From assembly GCA_034780895.1 (NCBI GenBank), contig JAUZTB010000017.1, forward strand, positions 6,424,586 to 6,488,585: a DNA stretch of 64,000 nucleotides, read 5' to 3'. The DNA comes from Rhynchobatus australiae (taxonomy: Eukaryota). Of this stretch, positions 1-13,722 are shown piece by piece. A model generated the notes under the pieces. That model ran no database searches, had not been told where the DNA came from, and was given only the letters and a program-made list of their open reading frames with translations. Position numbers and translations under genes: made by a program. Each line of letters starts with the position of its first letter. The stretch's first letter is position 1.

Positions 1-525
1 GTCTTTAAAGGTGGTCTTAGTATTTGGGAGTTCCCCTTTTAGATCAGGGAATTGGGGTGCAGAATGCTGCACAGGACAGTCTTGTGCAACAGATTTTTGA
101 CTTGTTTCACAGACTTTCTGGGCACCTGCCACTTCTGTAGACTGGAGGAGTCTGTGTTTCATGTTTATGTGTGATGTGAAAGTCTGCAGCCCCCTTTTGA
201 GTGTTTAAAGGAGCTGCACTTCAACTCCACACTCCTGATCTTTCTGCACCTGATGTGGGGATGAGGAAGGGAGTCATTTTTCAGGGTACCTCATTGGTCT
301 GCTCCTCAGCCAGGCCAGGATGATCCTTGAAGTCTGTTCAAATCAACTGCCTGTACTTCCAAGGAAACATCTGTGCCCAGGTGTCTGTGTAGAGGGACCA
401 CGCAGTATCCAACAGCTCACAAGACTTTCTGGACCTGTGGGCACCACTGGGGCTGGAATGCATCCCAGACAGCAAGGATCACCGGAAAAAACATCTCTGG
501 AGGAATGCTGCTTTATTGACTAGAT
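1..525 (+). mobile_element. Decayed Tx1-like (L1 clade) LINE, ORF2 C-terminal zinc-knuckle region
   Basis: Manual translation gives GELGCRMLHRTVLCNRFL and CHFCRLEESVFHVYV*CESLQP, a CCHC-type motif typical of L1/Tx1 ORF2, with stops and frameshifts. Confidence 0.7.
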
Positions 526-1140
526 CTTCTGTATTTCCATGTTAAACGGTGGACTTGCAAAAGTCCCAAAGCTGCTGTCATTTTGGCAGGTTAAAAGTAA
601 TGAAAAGTGGAAGTTTCACTGGCATTAAAGTGGCAAGATTTGGATTGTTAAGTGCGTGACTGATTTTTTTTTTCTGTGGTGAAAAATGGAAAGCTCATAT
701 GAATAAATAATAGACTGGAAGGGGCAGACTTTTCCTTGCTGCTAAATGCTTACCTCCTGTAAAAGGCAATCTCTTTTTGCCTTTTACAGGAGAAATAGCT
801 CCAAGGCTTGCTTAAAATAAGTCACTGAGCTAACATTTGTAACATGTCCTACTAAACTGTTCAGTAGTATGAAGGTAAGGCAGACCCTTCTAATGACTAA
901 CCTAGTATACTTGATTAAGTTGTAAGAGTGACTACCTGGACTTCCTTACCTACTGCTACACCTGTCCTGAATTGCCAATAATCTTCATTTGGGCTGGCAT
1001 CCTAAGTGGTTTCAATTGTTATGGACCAAAGAGATGCAATTTAATCTAAACTTGCTTAGTATTTAAGCTTCCAGTCTTCTTTAGTTTATGGCGTTCAGCT
1101 TTTGCTTTTACTTGTCTGATGTTCATTATGTTTGTAGCTA

Positions 1141-1601
1141 TGGTGAGGGTGCAGCAGAGGTTTACTAGGATGCTGCTTTAAGGGGAGGTTGGACAAACTG
1201 GGGTTGTTTTTCTCGAGTGGCAGAGACTGAGGGGAGACCTTCTATAAGTTTATAAGATTATGAAAGGCACAGATGGATACCCAGTATCTTTTACCCAGGA
1301 TTGAAATGTGGAATACTAGAGGGCATACATTTAAGATGAGAGAGGGAATGTTAGAAGGAGATGTGTGGAACAAGTTTTCTTACACGGAGTGGTGGGTGCC
1401 TGGAATGTGCTGCCAGGGGTGGTAGCGGAGGCAAATATGATAGAGGTGTTTAAAGGTAACCACATGAATGTGCACAGAATGGAGGGATATGGACATTGTG
1501 TAGGCAGAAGGGACTAGTTTAGTAAGCTTTTAATTGCTAGGTTAGTTTGTCACAACATCATGGGCTGAAGGCCTGTTCCTGTGCTGTACTGTTCTATGTT
1601 C
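1141..1601 (+). mobile_element. CR1-like LINE 3' fragment
   Basis: RVQQRFTRML and LGLFSLE-type coding remnant, plus the tail gggctgaagggcctgttcctgtgctgtactgttctatgttc shared with other copies in the window. Confidence 0.88.
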
Positions 1602-2817
1602 ATGATTAACCATGATAACAAAAAAAAGGTGCTGCTTATTGCCAAATTATAAGTTACATTTTGTTTATTTTTATGCACGTGTTGTCTATCAGATTTTTTA
1701 ACAATGTGGAGTTCAAACATTTTAATGGGCTGGTAATGTAACTGGGCAACAGAAATAGCCCTAGTTTTATTGCAAATATTTTGAAGCATAGGCACGTCAG
1801 AAAATAGCTGTTTGACCACATTTTAGAATTGTTGAGGGTAGGAGTGGTTATCTACTTGAAATCTAGAACTGCAATTAATGTNNNATGTAGTCAAATTAAT
1901 CCATATTAAAGCTGCTGGAATCATTTGGCACTCTTACCTACAACTGTCTGGAATCGTTTAGAATGTTCTCTTGCACTTCAAAAATACTCTAATGATGCCA
2001 TATTGGAAAAGGAATTGATGTAGTGGTGTGTGTGCCTTGATCAATAACCACTTACACCTGCCAACTTGCACTACTGTTTCATATCTTTTTGAGGTAGAAA
2101 TTAATTTGATTTAAATTGAGTGACTACAGTATTATAGAAGTATTGCTCATGCAATAATTTTATCTCAATTTAGAATTGATCCTCATTTTAAAGGAGCACC
2201 AACTTTGTCGCTTTATAAACAAATGCACTGACAGGTATGCATCTTTGCATTTGTAATTATACCATTTCAACCACTTATGAAGCATGATAAAGCTACAACA
2301 GCTTTTTATTAGAAAATGAATCATGGATAGACAATGTTGACTGTACATACAAATGCAATGTGGAAATGTATTTTCAATTATTTAAGCAAATAGCTATGAA
2401 AGAGTTTTTGATAAGTGCCGGCCTGTCTGATGCATGCTATGTATGGCAACATTAAAGTTTTGATGAAATGTACAACAGAGTATATGTCCTGCAAGATTGT
2501 AGTTCATGATTTTGACTACCACTCTATGGGAACCCTGATGAAAATACATCAGCATAACAATGCACATGTGGCTGTGCTTGTGTGTAGCATTGCATTACAC
2601 AAAAAAAAGTACAGATGAATGGGATGTATCATGTTGACACCAAAGTCCATAGGTACACTTGGTGCCTTGATCTTTGGAGGAAACTTTGGTATCTTTCATT
2701 TTTGTTGTTTGGTGATCATACCCTTTTAGTCCTTGCCAATGATGAGTGTTTGGGCATTTTGGGGTATTTTTCCCACAGGTATTTTCCTTGAATTCAAAAT
2801 ATTTTTTATGAAGACAT

Positions 2818-2955
2818 AAGAGACTGCAAATTCTGGAATCTGGAGCAGCAAACAATCTTCTAGAGGAACTGAGCAGGTTAAGCAGCATCAAGCAACTGGT
2901 CCTGACGCAGGGTTCTGACCCAAAACGCCAACAACTCCTTTTCCCCCACAGATAT
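2818..2955. mobile_element. Penelope terminal (pLTR) module, two partial copies in inverted arrangement
   Basis: Left part is the reverse complement of the tail at 47500-47570. Right part carries ctgacgc-agggt-tct-gaccc-aaaac, a degenerate hammerhead core. Confidence 0.7.
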
Positions 2956-3879
2956 TTTCTATGAAGGTTTTTTTGTAGAAATTGAAATTGTAATTGTTTT
3001 AACATCCTGTAGTCTGCATTCAGATGAATGTCTTGAAGAATTTTTATTCCCTTGGATCAAAAGAACTGTATGTATTCAATATTTTACACATGGTCATAAT
3101 ATACTGAAGTTCTTAGCTTGCAAGCCAAATTTGTAATGCAGTCATTGTTGTAATATAGGGAAACATAGCATACTTCAAAGGGCTTTGTGATAAGCAGATA
3201 ATCTTAAAATAAATCTAAATTATAGGGAATATTCAATTTTTCATGTTACACTGGGAATCCAAGACTTGCACTTGTATAGCACAAAGATAAAACTCTGGTA
3301 TTCCTTGACTACACCATTAGGTCCTATTTTGAGAAATTGACTAATTTGTGACACGTACAGAAACTTCAAATTCTCCAAATATTGAATTGCCTTCTCCAAC
3401 TCTGTTGACCTAATACTTGGTCAGTGGGAGTACTTTAATTCCGAGGAGATGTCTGTGTCCATCATTGTTTTAATTTTCTGTAACTGACATAGTGTTGCAG
3501 CAATAAATTCAGGTCTCTGTACTTTCAATTTTGATCAGTTATCCTTTTTGATTTCCTTGATAAAAGCCTATGCTTTTAGCCATTTTAGTTCTCACCTCTA
3601 TAATGCCTTTGTCTAAGCTTCTCTGCATGTGCCATCAAGGATGGAAGGTATAAGGGTGAGGTGAGAGACTAAGGGATGTGGAGAGAAAAATCAATAAAGG
3701 GGTTGAATAATTTGGCCTAAGTGCAAAAAGGCAGGCCAGTCAAATGAGTGAGAGTGAAGTAAGATGGGTAATGGGAAGGGAAAGGTGCCGGAGAAGCACT
3801 GGAAACGCTAGAGGAAAATGTGATTAATTTGGAGTATGGCCAAGGAGGTACAGCCATATCTATGCTGATATATCACCCT

Positions 3880-4235
3880 AACTCTGTGCACTTATCTTGG
3901 ACAGTAACCTTTTTATGTGGCACCTTCATGAATACCTTCTGGAAATCCAAATGTACCACATCTACTGGTTTGTCCTTTATCTACCATGCCTTTTTAGTAT
4001 CTTCCATGATTTCACTTTCATAAAGGCATGTTGACTTTGGATATTCTTATGATTTTCTAACTGTCCTGTTTTTATCTCCTTAATTATGGATTCCAACATT
4101 TTGCCAATGAAGGGTGTTAGGCTAACTGGCCAATAGTTTCTTGTATTCTGCCACCCTCCCTTGAATAGTAGTGTTATAGTTTCAGTTTTCCAGTCTTCTA
4201 TGACTTCCAACTCCAGGGAAGTTTAGATTACAACC
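3880..4235 (-). mobile_element. Old CR1-like LINE RT fragment
   Basis: ORF 3977..4210(-) reads EDWKTETITLLFKGG..NYWPVSLTPFIGKMLESIIKE, the start of a CR1 RT domain. Confidence 0.8.
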
Positions 4236-4242
4236 AATTGTC

Positions 4243-5230
4243 AAACTGTGGGTCCTTGACTTCCTCAATGGCAGACATATAGACCTTAGCTATACTCCCT
4301 TTTACACACATGACTGTGTGCCTAAGCACAGCTTCAATGCCAAATACAAATTTGCCAACGATGCCACTATTGGGGGAATCATAGGTGATAAGTTGGCATA
4401 CAAGAATGTTGAGTGGTGCCTCAACAACAACCCCTCGCTCATCATCAGTAAAACTAAAGACTGATTGTTAATTTCAGGAAGGGGAAGGAGGGTGAACATG
4501 AGCCAGTCTACATTAGTTTATCAGCAGTGGAGAAGGTCAACAGCTTTAAGTTCCTGGGCACTAACATAACTTGTGACTTGTCCAAAACCCAGCACATAGA
4601 TGCAATCACAAAGAAGGCATGCCAGCATCTTTACTTTCTTAGAAGGTTAAGGAGGTTTGGCATGTCACAATGTTCTAACAAACTTCTGCAGATGTACTGT
4701 TGAAATTGTCCTGACCGGTTGCATCATGGTCTGGTACTGCAATTCAAATGCTCAGGAATGCAAGAAGCTGCAGAGAGTAGTGGACTCGGCCCAGTACATC
4801 ACGGGCACATCCCTCCCAACCATCTGTAGTATCGACATGAGGTGCTGCCTCAAGCAGGCAACATCTATCATCAAAGATACCCATCGTTGGGCCATGCCAT
4901 CTTCTTGTAGCTACCATTGGGCAGGAGGTATAGAAGCCTGAAGTCCCATACCACCAGGTTCAAGAACAGCTACTTCCGTTCAACCATTCAGTTCTTGAAC
5001 CAAGCTGCACAACCCTAATCACTACCTCAGTATAGCAACACTATGGCCACTTGGCACTATGATGGATCTTTTTTAAAATTTTGTTCTTTCTGGTAACAAA
5101 CAAATTGTTTAATTTGATTTTTCTAGTGAATGTTGTGTATCTGATGCTATGTGTATGTGATGTAGCTCCAAGTAAGTTTTTCATTGTACCTGTGCATAAG
5201 ACAATAAACTCGACTTTTGACTTGACTTTG
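4243..5230 (+). mobile_element. Rex1/Babar-like LINE, 5'-truncated
   Basis: Remnants THDCV, KFANDATI, FKFLG and LTNFCRCTVEIVLTGCIMVWYCNSNAQECKKLQRVV. Ends in aataaac and a (gactt)n tail. Confidence 0.85.
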
Positions 5231-5689
5231 ATACAAACGCTAATACCCAATCTCAAAAAGTAGATGAAAACTCGAACAAAATCTTTAATGAATATTCAGT
5301 GATCTACAAAATAAATAAATTTTACAATTAGTTGAATCAAATTATTATTTTAGCTATCAGACTCTTAAGATATGAACTAGTGGGGTGATGACATGTGATT
5401 TCTGCCAAATTTTGTTCACGAGTCCCTTTCATTATTGTCAGTAAAAGGGTCAGACACATGCCCCATTAAATATAGTGTCACAGCCTGCACAGTGCAGCCA
5501 CATTTCTATTTATCATATTGCTTATCTTTCTAGAGAATAGTATGGATTGTTGGCAAAATATACAGTAGAACACGTACAAATAGTACATTTGATAAGTGCT
5601 GAATTAAAATCAATTTGAAATCAATGGTACCTCTCATCCCAGTACTTCTGCCACCAGCTAGCTAAGTACAGCTGCATAGGGCCACCACC

Positions 5690-5885
5690 GCCATTACCCT
5701 GATTTGGAAATATATGGCCTTTGATATCACTGGGTTGAAATCTTGGATCTTTCTACCCAACAACAAAGGCAGGTTCCTCACCATTAAATTTGCAGTGGTT
5801 CAAGATGACTTGCTACTGCCTTCTCAAGAGCAATCAGGGAAGGGCAGTAAATGCTGGTTTTATCAACAATGGCCTCATTCCCATA
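5690..5885 (+). mobile_element. Old LINE/SINE 3' tail fragment
   Basis: gcagtggttcaag..ccttctcaag.gcaat.aggga.gggcagtaaatgctgg resembles an old chondrichthyan CR1/SINE tail as recalled. Confidence 0.5.
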
Positions 5886-6429
5886 AATTTATTAAGCACA
5901 ACCAAAAAGTTTAAAAATTGCTTCAAGATCTGCTCAGAACCCAAACATCATGCCATTCAGTGATGGGAGAGACTGAATACAAATTAGTCTTGTCAACAAA
6001 AATGCGAAAAAGCTGCAGTGAGCCAAGTTGACCTATATTCCAAGAAATCATGTCAAATGAAAAATATTGGTGCTAATCAAGAACAACAAGCTGCATTGTT
6101 TTCAATAATGAAAGCAGCTTTCAGGAACCAGAGGGATTTTAACTATTTAACTGCTTTGAAGCTAATCTCAGATTGTAGAACTATAGCTGAATATGATCGG
6201 CCATGTCACTACAGCTGACTTAATATAAGGTTAGAAGAGTTGTAGATGCTCAACTTATCCCCATTATTACATAGCCCTTGTCAAGAAATGCTCAAAAATC
6301 CATAAACTATTAAGCACAGAAGAATCCCAAACTACAACATGGAAAAATGGTGTTTCCTATCTTGTACAAGAACTTAAATTTTAGTTCGCATCCACAACAA
6401 AATGCTCGTATATAATTTTCAGTTTCTTA

Positions 6430-6727
6430 TAGTCAAACAGCACAGGAACGGTCCTTCGGCCCACCAAGTCTGTGCTGACCATCGAACACCCATTTGCACC
6501 AATGTTTATTGTTTCTACTTTCCCATCAACTCCCTCCTGCCCCCCCTTCCACTCACCTGCACACAAGGGGCAATATACCGTGGCCAATTAACCTAGCAAC
6601 CTGCCCATCTTTGGAAAGTGGGAGGAAACCAAAGTACCTGGAAGAAACCCACAGAGAGAACGTATAAACTGAGCTTGCTGGAGCTGTGAGGCAGCAGGTC
6701 TTGTAGCTGTGCCATTGTGTTGCCCCC
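6430..6727 (-). mobile_element. V-SINE (HE1-like) with CR1-type 3' tail
   Basis: V-domain-like gtgggaggaaacc..ggaagaaacccac. The tail acagcacaggaacggtccttcggccc is the reverse complement of the CR1 tail. Confidence 0.75.
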
Positions 6728-7934
6728 ATTTCTGTGTGCTATGAACAATTTAATCAAGGAGAAAATGTATAATTGTGATGTAGTATTCTGCTTCATTAAT
6801 GTTCATTCTTCATACTTAATTCATACTTGTGTGTGCTCTTTTTAAAAATTACTGAAGTCATTGACCCAGGTTTGTAGAGTCCCATCCATTGACTGAGGCT
6901 CAGCTTTGCCCACCATGTGCATTTGATGCATCCAGTATTTCAATATACTCATAGATTTATTGAATTTGAAGCAGGTTTATGTTTCTCGTGCCATACTCCA
7001 ATATGATGCTTCTGAATCCCTCTTTCTCTCTTTCCCTACCTTCTTTTCATTTTCCATCGGTCTTTCTCTCATAATCCAAGCTCACAACAGCAATGAAAAA
7101 AATCCATTAATTTCTCCACAATGCTTGTTTGATTTGGCCGTTTTATTTGAATGTATGAATGTAGTGCTGGGATATTTAGAGTCCAACTCTTCAATGCAAA
7201 ATAATTTTATGCAGGGCTGATTAAAGCTCGATAATAGACCTTCATCTACACATTCTAATGTGAAAATCAGTATAGTATAAGGTATCTGTTATTTTTTTTC
7301 TGTTCTCCCTCATTGTCTGATTGTTTGTCTCCATCTCACACAGGAGACAAAGCTAGATGGCCAGACACAAAAGAGATAGATCATGTTATCTCCTGTACTT
7401 CTCTCTATTTCAGCACTCCTGTAACAAGGTACACTTAGTTTATATTGTTTTTCCCTATTCTTTCTTTCTTTNNNNNNNNNNNNNNNNNNNNNNNNNNNNN
7501 NNNNNNNNNNNNNNNNNNNNNNNNNNNNNNNNNNNNNNNNNNNNNNNNNNNNNNNNNNNNNNNNNNNNNNNATTCTTTCTTTCTTTAAGGTATCACATCA
7601 CTCTAGTCAGCCAGGAGATTAATCTGGCATGTGACAGGTCATTTTGAGAGAAGTGCTAACAAAGAAATATAGGCATCTGTTTTGCCCCTAGCCTGTTCTG
7701 CCATCCAGCAAGCTCAAAGTTGATCTGCAATCAATCTCTGAATACCTTATCTGCAGCTCCTTTAGTATCTATAATTCATCAATTTCAGATTTAAAATTAA
7801 CTTGAACTGTCTTCAAATTCCTTCCACCCTCTGATTGAGTGGTGGTTCCTAACTTTATTCCTGAAATATCAGGCTCTAAATTTTAGACGACCCCTGGTCT
7901 AGAACTCCCCAACTATCAGAAAGTTTCTCTCTGA

Positions 7935-9096
7935 ATTTTAGTAAAGCATTTGGCAAAGTCCCTCATGGTAGGCTGATCCAGAAGATTAAGTTATGTGGGA
8001 TCCGTTGTGATTTGGTAAGTTGGATACAAAATTGGCTTGGTCATAGAAGACAGAAGGGCAATGGTGGAGGGGTGTTTTTCTAACAGAAGGGCTGTGATCA
8101 GTAGTGTTCTGCAGGGATCAGTGCTGGGACTTATGTTGTTTGCAATATATATAAATGATTTGGATGAAAATGTTGGTGGTCTAATTAGTAAATTTGAAGA
8201 TGATATGAACATTGATGGAGTTGTGGATAGTGAGGAAAGCTGTAAAAGGATACAGCAGGATATCACTTAATTGGAAATTTCAGCAGAGAAATAGCAGATG
8301 GTGTTTAATCTGGATACATGAGGTGATGCATTTTGTGACGACAAATACAAGAGGAAAGTAAACAGTAAATGGCAGGATCCTTGGGAGCATTGATATACAG
8401 AAGGATCTTGTGGTGCAAGACCCTAGCTCTCTGAAAGTGGCAACATAAGTAGATAGGGTGTAAAGAAAGTGCATGGCATGGTTGCCTTTATAAATCAGGA
8501 TATTTCAATATAAGAGTCATGTCACTGCTGTATAAAACTTTGGTTAGGCTACATTTGGAGTATTGTGTGCAATTCTGGTTGCTGCACTATTAAGGAGGAT
8601 CTAGAGGCTTTGGAGAGGGTGCAGGAGAGGTTTGCCAGCATGTTTCCTGGAATGGAATGTACCAGCTATGAGGAGAGGTTGGATAACCTTGGATTGTTTT
8701 CCCTGGAGCATCAGAGACTGAGGGGCTACCTGATAGGAGTTTATAAATTATGAGAGTTTATAAATCTTATGAGATAAGATAGATAGAGTTCTTTTCCCCA
8801 GAGTGGAAATGTCAAATACCAAGGGGTATAGGTTTAAAGGGAGAGGGAGAAAATTTAAAGGAGAAGTGCGAGGCAAGGTTTTCTCCCCCCACAGAAAGTT
8901 GTAGGTGTCTGAAACATGCGGCCAGGAGAGGTGGTAGAAGCTGATATGATAGCAACATTTAAGAGGCACTTAGACACACACAGATAGGGAATAGAGGGAT
9001 ATGGAACATGTGCTGGCAGATGATTAGATTGTCGCTGTTGTTGGCAAAGACATGGTGGGACAAAGGGCCTGTTCCTATGTTGTACTGTTCTATATT
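7935..9096 (+). mobile_element. CR1-like LINE, RT to 3' end
   Basis: FSKAFGKVPHGRL, SSVLQGSVLGLMLFAIYINDLDENVGGLISKFEDD, LERVQERFASMFPG and the CR1 tail. An older minus-strand CR1-like remnant abuts it at about 7665-7930. Confidence 0.92.
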
Positions 9097-9234
9097 CTTT
9101 GATTTTATGTGAAACCAAATGAGAAACCAAAATGTCAGTAAATTCAACCTTCTTGTAGACTAATTTCTGCACCTATAAAAATGTACAAATCATACCTACA
9201 GTAGAAATCCACAAAATATCAGAAGAAATGTTTG

Positions 9235-9680
9235 CTCAGAGGTCACTATATAAAATACAAATCGGGCCACAGCTGGAGATTCGTGTACAGTTTTGTCACC
9301 ATACCGCAGGAAGAATGTGTTGGCACAAGGGAGGGTGCAGAGGAGACGCAGGAGATTGCTGCTGCTAGGGCAGCAGAATTAGTTAAGAGAGGCTGACTAA
9401 GCTGGCGTTGTTTCATTTGAACAATGGAGGCAAAGGGAAGATATAATCAAGGTGCACAAAATGAAAGGTTTGGACAGTGAAAAGAAAAAAAACATGATTC
9501 TTGTTGCTGACTGGTCAAAAACTAAAGAGGCATACATTTAAAACAATTGATTGAAAGACCACAAGGAGTTGAGGAAAGAAAAAAAAATCACCTGAAGGTT
9601 GGTGGGTAATCATGCCTGAAATGGCTGTGGGAGCAGAAACCTGCAGTAAATTTTAAAAAGTACCTGGATGATAATTTGAT
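9235..9680 (+). mobile_element. Older CR1-like LINE 3' fragment
   Basis: Diverged homology to 8520-8970 (gggccacagctggag..gtacagtttt, agggtgcagaggaga). Confidence 0.7.
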
Positions 9681-11604
9681 CTGAAATGTGGGAATACCGT
9701 AACGAGTTCTNNNNNNNNNNNNNNNNNNNNNNNNTTTCTGAGCTACCGATTCATTGTTCACTTTGGAATGGAGGATAGCTATAAAGCTGAAGAGACAACA
9801 TTTATCTTTTGGAAAAGATTCTGATTAAGAGCAACAGGAGGGAAGTTAGATTAAATAAGAAATATTCAAGAAGCTGAGTGAACCATTAAAGGACAGTTTA
9901 CAAAATTACTAGTGGATGAAAACAGTGATAAAGAGATATCACTAAATCAACATATGAGAGTGACATTTATACCTTGATAAAGACTTGCATCATCTCAAAA
10001 TTTTTGAAGGGATTGGAGGGGAAGGAAACTGCGCCACCTTCGCACGTGGCCCCGGCCGCCGGGGTAGGTTGGTGCTCGGTTCAGCCAACCACTGTAGATG
10101 AGGAAACCCAACAAAAAAACTATTCTCAAGATCCCTTCAGAATTTGTTTTCAAATTCTTTTAATGGAGAAATACAAATCCCTCAGTGTCAAGAGTAAAAT
10201 TTAGGGTTCTCAGAACTTGTTACAGATCTAGCCTATTTACTTTTTTTCATACTGCGTATTTGGCAAAGCGTATTTCAAAATTTGCTTAAGCCTGATGATC
10301 TCTTAAGATTTTAGCTGACTCCCCAATATATCAGACTACACTTGTGTAGGAATTATCGTTCAAATCCTTAGAAATGTACCTCAGCTATTAGCTTTCTTGC
10401 CNNNNNNNNNNNNNNNNNNNNNNNNNNNNNNNNNNNNNNNNNNNNNNNNNNNNNNNNNNNNNNNNNNNNNNNNNNNNNNNNNNNNNNNNNNNNNNNNNNN
10501 NTGCCATGCTGATTATGACGTTCTTTTTTTCTCAGCACTGCTTTATTTTGTAACAGACACCATATGTATTGTTCAGTTATGAACTTGCAGATCTCATCTC
10601 TTTTCTGCCACTATCTTTTGCAAGCCTTTTATATAGCAATAATTTAGTAATTCACATAATAATTTGTCTTTGAAAGTTAAGTCTGCTTAAGACACCCCGG
10701 ATATTGGAACAGATAACAGGTATATGCTTATGTCAAGTAACAGATGAGAAACAAAATCTCTTGTAAGCAAAACCCATTAAGTTTCAGGAAACTTTTTTAT
10801 GCTTCAGTGGAAATGTATGATTTAAGATTAATCTCAATATGAGAAGGCTTTCAAATAAGGCACTGCTAATTGCTATTACAAGCTCCAGTAACAGAGAGCG
10901 ACCCTTAACTTACGCCCATTATTACTGATCCTTTAAATACTAAGACTGCTTGATTGCGGGTAATATTGTTCGAACTGGTTATTACTCTCAGCAAGTGTTA
11001 GTCTCGTTCATGACTTTGGTGACAAAACACTTGAGAGTAGCCTAAGATTTGTCACCGACTACCTTAAAACTTGTAGTATCTCTTGTATCTCCCTGAAATA
11101 CAATTCTCTCCTTTGAGAATTCATCTAAAATATCATCCACCTGTTATGCTTTCCTTTTAATATTTACCAGAAACAACAACAACTCAGTTTTGGAAATGTA
11201 GTAGAACCTAAAAGATAATTAATAGAAGTTAAGGAGATAAAATAAAATTTGTTAGTAGAGCACTCCCTAGGGATTTGTCAAATTCCTGAATTTGATTCTG
11301 AAAAATACTGTCTGAGCCAGCTCATTTGCTTAGGGATCATTTTATTTTCTTATTGGGCACTCTGTAAATGATACATAAAATTTATGAAAAGATAACTTTT
11401 GCAGTATGCATATGTCAACAACTATCAAAGAACAGTTATGTGAATTATCTGAATCCAAACCACTCAAACTACAGCTACCATCATTTGGCATATTTTCTTA
11501 TAGCTCCACAGCTAATGTTAGGGAAATGCTATTCATGTGGATATTGTATCCTAATAGCAAATACAAACAGTCTGAAGCATCTTCATCACAAGTTGTAAAA
11601 TTTT

Positions 11605-11899
11605 AAGATATCTTTATTAGTCACGTGTATATCAAAACACACAGTGAAATGCATCTTTTGCGTAGAGTGTTCTGGGGGAAGCCCACAAGTGTCGCCACGC
11701 TTCTGGCACCAACATAACATGCCCACAGCTTCCTAACCCATACGTCTTTGGAATGTGGGAGGAAACTGGAGCACCCAGAGGAAACCCATGCAGACATGGG
11801 GAGAACTTACAAACTCCTTACAGACAGTGGCTGGAATTGATCCTGGGTCACTGGCGCTGTAATAGCATTATGCTACCGCTACACTACTGTGCCTGCCCC
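11605..11899 (-). mobile_element. tRNA-derived V-SINE, near full length
   Basis: On the minus strand: A-box-like tagtgtagcgg, B-box-like ggatcaattcc, V-domain, and tail ending gactaataaagatatctt. Highly similar to 34378-34812. Confidence 0.88.
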
Positions 11900-12414
11900 A
11901 GAATGTTTCTGCCTGGTTTCGAACCAGGTGGAAAAAAAGAATGGTGAAAATAGTTCAGGATTTCAATTCCTATGAAGAGAAGCTGATTGAGGATGCATAG
12001 GAGGTCAGAATTTGGATGGCAGGGACATGAAGGCTGAATAACTGAAGAGGCATACCTACTGAAGGATTTGCCATTACTAGATTATAAGGAGAAAACATCA
12101 AAAGGCAAAGCATTTTCCATTGGACCATGCAAAAATATTTTGGTATTCTATAATTGTTTACTTGTACATTTAAAATTACAACAGTTTTTGTTTAATTCTC
12201 TTAAGTTGTTCAACAGGCTTAGTATTAAGTATGCATAAAGCTCAAATTCATTTACCTGTTTGAAAACTCATACCAGGGAATGAAAAATGCATCAACCTTT
12301 TTTTAATTTATCAATTTTTCTTAAAGAATCTTTAATTTAGATTTTCAAAGATCATTTAGATCCATTGATCAACCTAAGTGGTAATTTAAGAAGTCTACAA
12401 GAACATTCAGATCT

Positions 12415-12600
12415 AAAATAATAACAAATAATGTTGGAAATACTTAGTGGGGCAAGGAGCATTTGTGGAACAAGGAAAGTGGTTAATGTTTTTGGTCAAT
12501 GACCTTTCATCAGAATTGGGAAAAGCTGGAATTCAGACATGTTTTAAGTTCCAGAGAACGAGAAGGGGAGGAATTTAAAAACAACTGGAACAGATGCGCT
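12415..12600 (-). mobile_element. Solitary Penelope pLTR module with hammerhead-like core
   Basis: Minus strand reads cccaatt-CTGATGA-aaggtcattgacc-aaaaac-att-aacc. Confidence 0.65.
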
Positions 12601-12994
12601 GAACATTTTTTTTAAATGTGCTCCAATTCCAGGACACCCAGCATCCTCCTGAACCTACACGGCTTTTCACGGCTTTTTTTAATGACAACCTAGATGGTAA
12701 ATGTCTGAGTTTTTAAATTCTTGAAATGATTGAAATTAAATGTATTCTTCTCTTTGCCCGACATCCACAGTTTTTTGACCATAGTAACTTCGAACAAAAT
12801 AAAAATATTTTACTTTTTTATATCATGGTTTTGGATACACAATGATATTGGCCTGTCCACCAAAGTGGTGTGTGCTTTTATTCCAGGCTCGCAGAGAGGC
12901 AGTAATATTCCCATTTTAATTTAACAGACTTATATTTGTGAAAATTCCTCTGACAGTGGTAGTGCTGAGGAGGGAGCAATAGATTCTGCAAAAG

Positions 12995-13720
12995 GATTAG
13001 CAGGGTAAAGCACTGAGGAGTGTTGATGAACAGAGGGACCTTGGGGTTCAAGTCTATAGTTCTCTGAAAGTGGCAACACAATAGAAGGATTGGTAAAGAA
13101 AGCACGTGGCATGCTTGCTATCTATCATAGGTCGGGTCATAGAATATAAAAGTTGGAATGTTGTGTTACAACTTTACAAAATGCTCGTTAGACCACACGT
13201 GGAGAACTGTGTGCAGTTCTGGTTGCCACACAATAAGAAGGATATGGTTGTGCTGTAGAGAGAATGCAGAGGAGATTGACAAGGATGTAGCCTCAACTGG
13301 AGAACTTAATTATCGGGAGAGACTGGATAAAGTGGGTTTGTTTTCCCTGGAGCAAAGGTCGCTGTGGGGAAGCTTGTGAAGGTTCATAAAGTTATAAGAA
13401 GTACACCTAGGGTAGATAGTCAGAATCTTTTCCCATGGCAGGGTTATCAAAAACATGAGGTTCAAGGTAAGAAGGGAATTTGAGGGCAAAATTTTTTTTC
13501 ATCAGAGAGTGGTTGATATCTGGAACTTGCTGCCAGATGGGGTGATGAAATCCAATACAATCACCACATTTAAGAGACATTTAGATGGACACTTAAATAG
13601 GCAAGGCATTAAAGCATATGGACCTAGTATAGGCAAATGGAATCCATATAGATGGGCAGAAAGGTCATAATGGATGTGATGGGCTGAAGGGCCCATTTCT
13701 GTAGTGTATGACTCTATGAC
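12995..13720 (+). mobile_element. CR1-like LINE 3' fragment
   Basis: Collinear homology with 8370-9096 (gggaccttggggttcaagtc..ctgaaagtggcaacac). Tail ends gactctatgac. Confidence 0.9.
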
Positions 13721-13722
13721 TA

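Noticed and set aside
11840-11899. tRNA-like A/B boxes
   Set aside because: Head of a tRNA-derived SINE, with no complete cloverleaf.
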